From Macrostomum hystrix (taxonomy: Eukaryota > Animalia > Platyhelminthes): 64,000 bases of DNA. Position 1 is the first letter of the stretch, and each line of letters opens with the position of its first letter. The notes beneath the pieces are model-generated. The model was not told the origin of the DNA, did no database searches, and saw nothing but the letters and a program-made list of their open reading frames with translations. The DNA lies in assembly GCA_950097015.1 (NCBI GenBank), contig CATNEN010000025.1, forward strand, positions 8,122,001-8,186,000, in the 5' to 3' direction. Made by a program: the position numbers and the translations under genes. Positions 58,601-64,000 of the stretch are shown one piece after another.

Positions 58601-61600
58601 GGCGGCGGGCACCGGTCCCTACCCAGTGTTCCGCGAGATCCTTCGACCCAGCGCCGACTGCACCGTGCTGGTGCGGCTGACTAGCAGTCTACCCAGCTGC
58701 CACCTGCGCATTCTGGACAATGACAATGGCTATCGGGAGCTGGAGCGCGGTCTCGGCCACAGGATGCCGGCTCATCGACTTCGCGGCGGGGGCCGGCGCG
58801 GATACACTTTTCTGGCGTTGGCCACTGCGCCGGTGGACCGACCGGCACCGCCCGGACGGTGGCGCCTTCGACTGATTGGAGACGATACCGAGTCACTGCC
58901 GACACCTCTGCTGCACGGCAGAACGACCGATTTGAATGCAAACTTTTCCATTCGACAAGTGCAGGTTAGTTAGTTGTCGATGTACACTTGTACACTACCT
59001 AACGGGGGGTCGGTGGCAGAGCGGTTATCGCGTTTGCCTCTCGCATCACGGTCCCTAAGTTCGATTCCACGGTGAGGCCACATTTATTTGGGACGCTGCT
59101 GCGGAGAGAAGGCTTGAGGGCTTGTCGTGCAATTTATGCCCTTGAGGGCCAACCTCCAAGGCACAGTGAAATGTACACTGCCTGACGGTGAGAAAGTCAG
59201 GGCAAATGTACACACCTGTGTGAGCGTGTGCCTGCGTACAGTATCTGTGTGCGTGTGTGCTCAGGAGTCAGCGAAATGGGCAGAATTGCCTCCTCGCTGG
59301 CTGCGGGTCTAGTGTCACCAAATGATAAGCCATTGCCTGCAGCCCTCTAGCCATTATTATTATCATTTCCAGGGCTACTACGTCCCGGATCAGCAAGGCC
59401 GAGGCGTACTATTTCGTCAAAGCGTTCGAGTCACTGAGGATCACCTTGCCACAGTGCATCTTCGCCTCTCAAATCCGGGACTGATGGTGGCCCTGGAGAT
59501 TCTGGACAATGAACAGGTGGTCCTCGCTGTCGAGGGTCGAGGCCAGGCCCTTCTGCCGGCGTTTATCTTCGCCAGGGATAGCGGCGGACGGCGATTAGAC
59601 GGCGACGCGACAGAAGAACCGGTTTCAGCCACGTCTCCCAGCAGAAGCCCGTCCCGGAGTTCCGGTGGACCAACAGCGCGCAGTTCCAATGTAAGGGGCC
59701 ATGCACCTGGTCAGCGCGGACGCGGCGGCAGTAAGGAAGGAAAATTGTCGGTGAGTTCAAGTTTTTTTAATTAATGCCTGATAAAAAAATGCTTAATGTG
59801 CTCTAATATAACCTACTCCAGCTAATAAGCGAGGACTTTGAAATGTTCAGTCTGAAATAAATAAATTCCTGTCACCAGCCAGCCAATAAGCGAGGACTTT
59901 CTACTGCTTAGCTTTTAATCAATAAAATTTCTATCCTGAGCCAGCCAATAAGCGAGGACTTTCTACTGCTTAGCTTTTAATCAATAAAATTTCTATCCTG
60001 AGCTAGCCAATAAGCGAGGACGTTCTACTGCTTAGCTTTTAATCAATAAAATTTCTGTCCTGAGCTAGCCAATAAGCGAGGACTTTCTACTCCTTAGCTT
60101 TTAATCAATAAAACTTCTGTCCTGAGCCAACCAATAAGCGAGGACTTAAGACTGTTCCGATTTTTATCGATAAATTTATGTCCCCAGCCAGCCAATAAGC
60201 GAGGACTTAAACGTCCGATATTTATCGATAAATTCCTGTCCAGGTCTAGCCAATAAGCGGGGACTTCAGACTGTTCAGCTTTTAATCAATAAAACTTCTA
60301 TCCTGAGCCAACCAATAAGCGAGGACTTTGGCCTGTTCAGTCTTTAGGAGCTAATTCCTGTCCCCCATCAAGAAAACGACAAGGCAAAAAAAAAATTAAA
60401 ATAAAATTAAATTAAATTAATAAAAAATAGCGGCACTATTTTTATAGCACGCTAGCAGCGTCTCCAGCACGACACCGGATCTCATAGATTCCGATGGCGA
60501 GCCGCATAAGTACATCATCCAGGCCAGACTGCTGGATTCCGTTTGGCCCCTCACTGCGGATAACTGGGCTATTGTTCAACAGGTGCAGGAGCAGAACAAA
60601 GAGGACTTGAAGGGTAGGCATTCGGCATGGATATTTGACAGTTTTTAACATTCAAGAAGCAACTTGCATTTTTATCTCTCCCGTCAGTGTTCTCAAAGCC
60701 GAGAAGTGAGACACGGTTAGAAGATCAGCAGCAGCAGCAGCAGCTGCAGACAAAGACACTGGCCTCTCTAAGCGACGCGCCATCTGCTGCGGCAGCACCA
60801 AAGCGAGCAAGAGGCAGCCGGGCCGGAGGCGGACGTGCAGCTAGCGGAGCAGCCACTGCCGCTGCCACCGCCGCCGCAGACGCCGCCGCAGCCGCTGCAG
60901 CCGCGGCCGCCGCTGCGGCAGCTGCGTTCGACGATCGCAGGGCACACTGGGTGTTGCGTGTGGTGTCGGACGCTGCTCAGGGCGACGGTATCCAGGTCAA
61001 GCGCGACACCGAGGCGGCTGATCGGCTGCGAATGATGAAGCGCGCCTGGGAAGAAATGGAGCCTGGCCGGGCGGAGAAAGCTCGACAGAGTCGCTTGAGG
61101 TACTTAATTACTCATATTAGTGGTCTTTGTTTTATTGTAACGTCCGTTTATTGCCTTGAATATTTCGTACGTTTAGTTACGGTACAAAGACCACTCTTCT
61201 TTCCCTCCGGGGTAAGGTAAGGTAAAGTTGCTGAAACGGCCCTTTTTAGGCACACACGTAGCTTAAGTTTGGAACAAAAACAGAAACAGTTTCAGGGAGA
61301 TTCCTTGACCTGAACGTTGAAGTCTCATATATAATTCCCACAGATTCCTGAGCACCCACATGATAAAAAATCCCAATGCTGGCCAAGACAACCGCCAGCA
61401 GCAGCAGCTATCTGAGCTGCTCCTCGACCGTCCGCCGACGCCGCCGCCGCCCCAGGAGCTGCTCCGACCATTGGATATCGACGCGCTTCAACGAAAGGAG
61501 CCTGGCTCCGATGGCGCTTGCCGACGCAGCTTCGCCGACATTCAAGTCGAGGAGGACGCGGCTGCCGAGGAGCGGATGGCGCGCTTCGCCGACTTCCTGG

Positions 61601-62524
61601 CCGACTGGGAGCGCCGGATTGAAGCCGACAAGCGGGCTAGGAATGAGGAGAACAGGGCCTACCTGGGATTCGTGCAGGGACTCCAGGTGAGACAGAGAAA
61701 AAAATCCCCAATGTAATTTAGCCCCTTGTTACCTATCCCAATTCTCAGCAGGCCGAAATTTCCCAATACTTCGCTGATAATAATAATAATAATTGCAGGA
61801 GGGCTGCGGGCAATGGCACATCATCTGGTAACACTAGACCCGCAGCCAGTGAGGAGGCAATCCTGAGCAAACATGCACGCAAATACTGTACGCAGGCACA
61901 CGCTCACATTGTAGACCTACGATTCTACGAGCTTTCTCGTAACTTTCGCACCAAGGTCCCTGAGCTCAATTTCTCGGCGAGGGCGCAGCCGCGTGTAGAG
62001 AAGGCTTGGCGACCTTGTCGTGCAATTTACGCCCTTGAGGGCACAGTGAGAGTGCACACTGCCTGACGATAAGAAAGTCAAGGCAGGTGTACACACCTGT
62101 GTGAGCATGTGCCAGTGTGCGTGTTTGCTCAGCAGAAAGTAGAGTGAGCAGAATCGTCTCGTCGCTGGCTGCTGATCGGCACATAGCGCTAGCACTCACA
62201 GTCCCTGAAAGTTTTACATGAGTGCCAATTATAATTTATCCCTAAGTCCACACAAATCTCCACAAATGGCCGCAGAGGCGCACGGATGCCTACCGACAGG
62301 CCTACTTCCGGTCCCGCGAGTCCTACCGCCGCCGCTGCCTGCTTGCCGAACGCGAACGACAGCGCCTTCTGGCCGAAGCCGCAGAAGCCGAAGCGGCTGC
62401 AGCCGCCGCGGCTGCCGAAGCAGCCAAAGCCGAGAAGAAGCGGCTGCTGCGAGAGGCTAAGCGAGGAGCCGGCGGGAAACTGGCCAGACAGAGGTCGACT
62501 TCCGGTGGGAAAGCTCGGAAATAG
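36901..62524 (+). CDS. ADGB: Androglobin (calpain-like protease domain + circularly permuted globin split by an IQ motif + C-terminal coiled coil), 24 exons, about 2,059 aa
   Basis: Exons: 36901-37451, 45521-45623, 46895-47005, 47689-48180, 50902-51120, 51188-51327, 51427-51516, 51716-51830, 52062-52140, 52226-52264, 52631-53046, 53537-53749, 54481-54716, 55772-55835, 56412-56483, 56633-56888, 57020-57577, 57987-58154, 58255-58964, 59373-59750, 60448-60613, 60688-61099, 61344-61686, 62276-62524. Total 6180 nt, all phases compatible. ADGB-like motifs: VWPEFNEAEVNNEKWD, FEDPDG, PWEHIYS, YNPYGKYIVRLFWLGQWRKIYVDD, ELWPALLSKALIK, IHCLTGWLP, IQ motif AVRLQRCWRGARTRR, KRDTEAADRLRMMKRAWEEMEPGRAEKA. 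Confidence 0.93.
37660..39515. repeat. 16-bp repeat TCTCCCGTGTCTCATC in two parts (37660-37920, 38953-39515) separated by the left foldback arm
   Basis: Same unit on both sides of the arm. Confidence 0.92.
37990..38644. repeat. 12-bp repeat GGGTTTCTAGAG (left arm)
   Basis: Direct inspection. Confidence 0.95.
40097..40366 (+). mobile_element. SINE family A copy
   Basis: GGGGTCAGTGGCAGAGCGG head, GAGTTCGATTCC, shared body. Confidence 0.82.
41410..42520. repeat. Pyrimidine-rich 23-bp then 21/22-bp tandem repeats (CCCCATTCCCCATCCTTCAGTTA; CCCATCCTTCATTCACAGTTT)
   Basis: Direct inspection. Confidence 0.93.
42860..44040. repeat. 12-bp repeat CTCTAGAAACCC (right arm, inverted)
   Basis: Reverse complement of the left-arm array. 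Confidence 0.95.
44870..45398. repeat. About 31-34-bp G-rich tandem repeat GGGGGAAGTCAGAGGGAGATTTCGGGAAAACTGA
   Basis: Direct inspection; (GT)n microsatellite nearby at about 44500-44534. Confidence 0.92.
45521..45623 (+). CDS. ADGB: ADGB exon 2
   Basis: ATTTCAG acceptor; ...QVWPEFNEAEVNNEKW; GTGAGT donor. Confidence 0.88.
46895..47005 (+). CDS. ADGB: ADGB exon 3
   Basis: DSTIGHQQQGGGRSKGTDKAPKGTGG(A)n; GTATGT donor; weak acceptor (CTGAG). Confidence 0.7.
47047..47651. repeat. 21-bp tandem repeat TGTTAGACACTCACTAGATTG (ADGB intron 3)
   Basis: Direct inspection. Confidence 0.95.
47689..48180 (+). CDS. ADGB: ADGB exon 4 (start of calpain-like domain, with polyQ insertion)
   Basis: YFEDPDGPLMMPQALRPTRWVRP...FDLMSTNEHILHCE; CTGCAG acceptor; GTATGA donor. 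Confidence 0.9.
48330..49030. repeat. Variable tandem repeat CTTATCTGTCACTCCT (about 14-17 bp)
   Basis: Direct inspection. Confidence 0.95.
50490..50860. repeat. 106-bp tandem repeat (three copies plus a partial one) with TGACTCA, CCAAT and TATA-like motifs
   Basis: CATCGCTGGCC at 50524, 50630 and 50736. Confidence 0.88.
50902..51830 (+). CDS. ADGB: ADGB exons 5-8 (calpain-like core): 50902-51120, 51188-51327, 51427-51516, 51716-51830
   Basis: LIRWIVTQV, PWEHIYS, GKYIVRLFWL/GQWRKIYVDD, LWPALLSKALIK, EFGDFSPIHCLTGWLP, KLWQLLQRILP; canonical junctions. Confidence 0.93.
52062..53749 (+). CDS. ADGB: ADGB exons 9-12: 52062-52140, 52226-52264, 52631-53046, 53537-53749
   Basis: Phase-consistent chain; exon 11 has ETVVFASF, ERLRQHGLSYLLSHPVL, PPPWQLIRP, VEIVSPFIGYK; exon 9 needs a GC donor. 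Confidence 0.8.
52422..52585 (-). mobile_element. SINE family A copy with internal deletion
   Basis: 3' body joined directly to the tRNA-like head (...ACCGCTCTGCCACTGACC). Confidence 0.8.
53930..54352. repeat. 16-bp tandem repeat GATAATCCCAAGATTC
   Basis: Direct inspection. Confidence 0.95.
54481..56888 (+). CDS. ADGB: ADGB exons 13-16: 54481-54716, 55772-55835, 56412-56483, 56633-56888
   Basis: KWLTMDELLECF/HCIHVYHK..., PIYLFVDSLAPTEIILSMSVLSRW; canonical junctions, consistent phases. Confidence 0.85.
54820..55187 (-). mobile_element. tRNA-derived SINE family A, near full-length copy
   Basis: Head with A-box TGGCAGAGCGG and B-box GTTCGATTCC; conserved body GCAGAATTGCCTCCTCGCTGGCTGCGGGTCTAG; (ATT)n tail. 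Confidence 0.85.
55200..55615. repeat. 20-bp tandem repeat GAGACCCTGAGATTTGATGT
   Basis: Direct inspection. Confidence 0.95.
55919..56158 (+). mobile_element. Non-autonomous hAT-type MITE (240 bp) in ADGB intron 14
   Basis: 14-bp TIR CAGTGGCGGCGCAG / CTGCGCCGCCACTG; perfect 8-bp target-site duplication GGTTCACA (55911-55918, 56159-56166); internal GGTGGTCACCC repeats. Confidence 0.9.
57020..58964 (+). CDS. ADGB: ADGB exons 17-19 (C2-like segment, permuted globin, IQ motif): 57020-57577, 57987-58154, 58255-58964
   Basis: LPAGRHTLRL; helical globin-like segment FSRALAELIDVF...; IQ motif LQRCWRGARTRR; YPVFREIL; GYTFLA; GRWRLRLIG. The exon 18 acceptor is weak. Confidence 0.88.
59004..59364 (+). 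mobile_element. tRNA-derived SINE family A, near full-length copy
   Basis: GGGGGTCGGTGGCAGAGCGGTT head; GTTCGATTCC B-box; same body; ATTATTATT tail. Confidence 0.85.
59373..62524 (+). CDS. ADGB: ADGB exons 20-24: 59373-59750, 60448-60613, 60688-61099, 61344-61686, 62276-62524 (TAG stop)
   Basis: GYYVPDQ..LFRQSVRV, EGRGQALLPAF, HKYIIQA..WPLT, HWVLRVVSD, KRAWEEMEPGRAEKA; basic C-terminus. Confidence 0.88.
59815..60362. repeat. About 62-bp tandem repeat (nine copies) with conserved core AGCCAATAAGCGAGGACTT
   Basis: Direct inspection; ADGB intron 20. Confidence 0.92.
61776..62172. mobile_element. Two divergently oriented SINE family A fragments (minus about 61776-61908; plus about 61946-62172)
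   Basis: (TAA)n TTGCAGGAGGGCTGCGGGCAATGGC...; then TCGCACCAAGGTCCCTGAGCTC...TCGCTGGCTGC. Confidence 0.75.
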
Positions 62525-64000
62525 TTGCTACGGAAAAAGGTTCAAATGTTGGTGTTCGTTTTATTCATTGGCTGCTTACAGTAGTACAGCAACTACATTT
62601 TTTATTGTGTTGGCTTTCTTGCGTTTTTTCATTGCAATTGTTTTGCTAAAACCAATCAAACAAAAACTGATCGGTCTATTTTTCAAGCTTCGGTTGAACA
62701 CAAATCAGACATATTTTTATATATGCGTCAAATGGCGAATCTATTCAAACAAATTCTGATTTGATACTTCAAATGCGAGCTAAATCAGACTGGCAGTTTT
62801 TGTTTTTGATTACAACATCATCTAGGCTCATCGCGCTGTGACTTTGTACAGGTTTTCTACTTGTGTTGGTACTTTTGTGAGAATTGGCACATTAATGTGT
62901 TTTCTTAATGCACATTTTACATTTCTGTACATGTCAAACCAGACACCACAGAAGATCTAGAACTATAGAACTTCAAAGGTTGAACATTGAAATTAGATTA
63001 CTATTTAGCAGCAAAGTGGTTGATTAAAGTCAATTTCATTTAGGGATAGCGTCAAATCTCTTTATTGTACTTGCTAGTACAATTTAATATACTGATATCA
63101 CACAAAAATCCTTTTATGGGACCCGGTTCCGTCCTGATTGTAAAAAATATTTGTGTCCACCCATCCTAAATTTGTTGTCTTGTCTGTTCGTTCTAACAAA
63201 CGAATTATCTTTTTAAATTGATTTTTTGCAAGGCCATAAAGTAAAATATACAATCGTGCTTTGCTGTGCAACTGGAAAATTGCTGGACAAAATTGGTTGT
63301 AAAATTTTGATCGGTTTTAATTTACTTTAAAAGAAATTAGAATTCGTTGACGATGTTCTCTGGATATTTTGTTTATTATAATCGGTTCTATTTGTGCTTT
63401 TTGTTTTATTTCCATGGAAACCACGTGACTTGACCTAAACTTATTCGGGTCAATTAATCTGGTTATCAACCACTTCAACACATTCCTTGTTGCTGTACAG
63501 AAGGGCTCGGTAAAACAGAAAATGTTTTCGTCTGTTTTTTTATGTATTGATTTATTACTATTCTGTATTTTTTATAGGAAAACGTTCACTGTCCAATAAA
63601 ACAAAAAAGAGCAAATTTTGCACACAAAAACCAAGATATTCTCCATATTGATGTCAAGGTAAATTTAAGTATATTTAATCTAATTAAGTTTTAACGCTTA
63701 AATATTTAATTAATGAATTTACCTTAAAAATTCACCGATTTTTGTTTATAGGACAAGTGAATATTTCCGATTTTTTCGATTTGCTCACACCGATAGTTGG
63801 TAGACCCAAAGCTTTTCTGTCTTATCTGTTTTATGTACTCGTATGAGTAAGGATCAGTTTTGTCAAAAATCTATTTACAGTATAAAAGTAGATTGCTAAT
63901 ACGAGCGTACATTGCATTAAAAATCTTTTATAAAGACACCTATAATGTTCTTAGGTTCACATGCTTTACCTCCAATAATAGCTGAGCTATTTACGAACAT

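Noticed and set aside
59815-60362. CRISPR-like repeat/spacer look of the 62-bp array (also the 33-bp and 28-bp palindromic arrays)
   Set aside because: The apparent spacers are homologous to each other or absent, the context is a eukaryotic intron, and there are no cas genes.

Overview
Eukaryotic, intron-rich metazoan DNA. Its style resembles a free-living flatworm such as Macrostomum (GC-rich exons with poly-Ala/poly-Gln tracts, introns packed with minisatellites); the organism is inferred, not shown. About 40% of the window is tandem repeat from some 30 arrays (units 10-106 bp). Three genes are supported. (1) The first three coding exons of a Cys-loop/nicotinic acetylcholine receptor-like subunit (minus strand, 3753->1763, continuing off the left edge). 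(2) A signal peptide + CUB-like + LDLa-like + transmembrane protein (minus strand, 17067->14771) with an apparent one-base frameshift. (3) A complete 24-exon androglobin (ADGB; plus strand, 36901-62524, about 2,059 aa) whose splice phases are all consistent, preceded by a cluster of RFX X-boxes. Mobile DNA includes an intact DD34D mariner, a hAT-type MITE with an 8-bp TSD, about ten copies of a tRNA-derived SINE, a second CORE-like SINE, and a roughly 6-kb foldback-like inverted-repeat structure in ADGB intron 1. The best leads are the foldback structure, the apparent loss of both heme-ligand residues in the ADGB globin domain, a 99-residue Gln-rich insertion in its calpain-like domain, and the frameshifted CUB/LDLa gene near the receptor gene.
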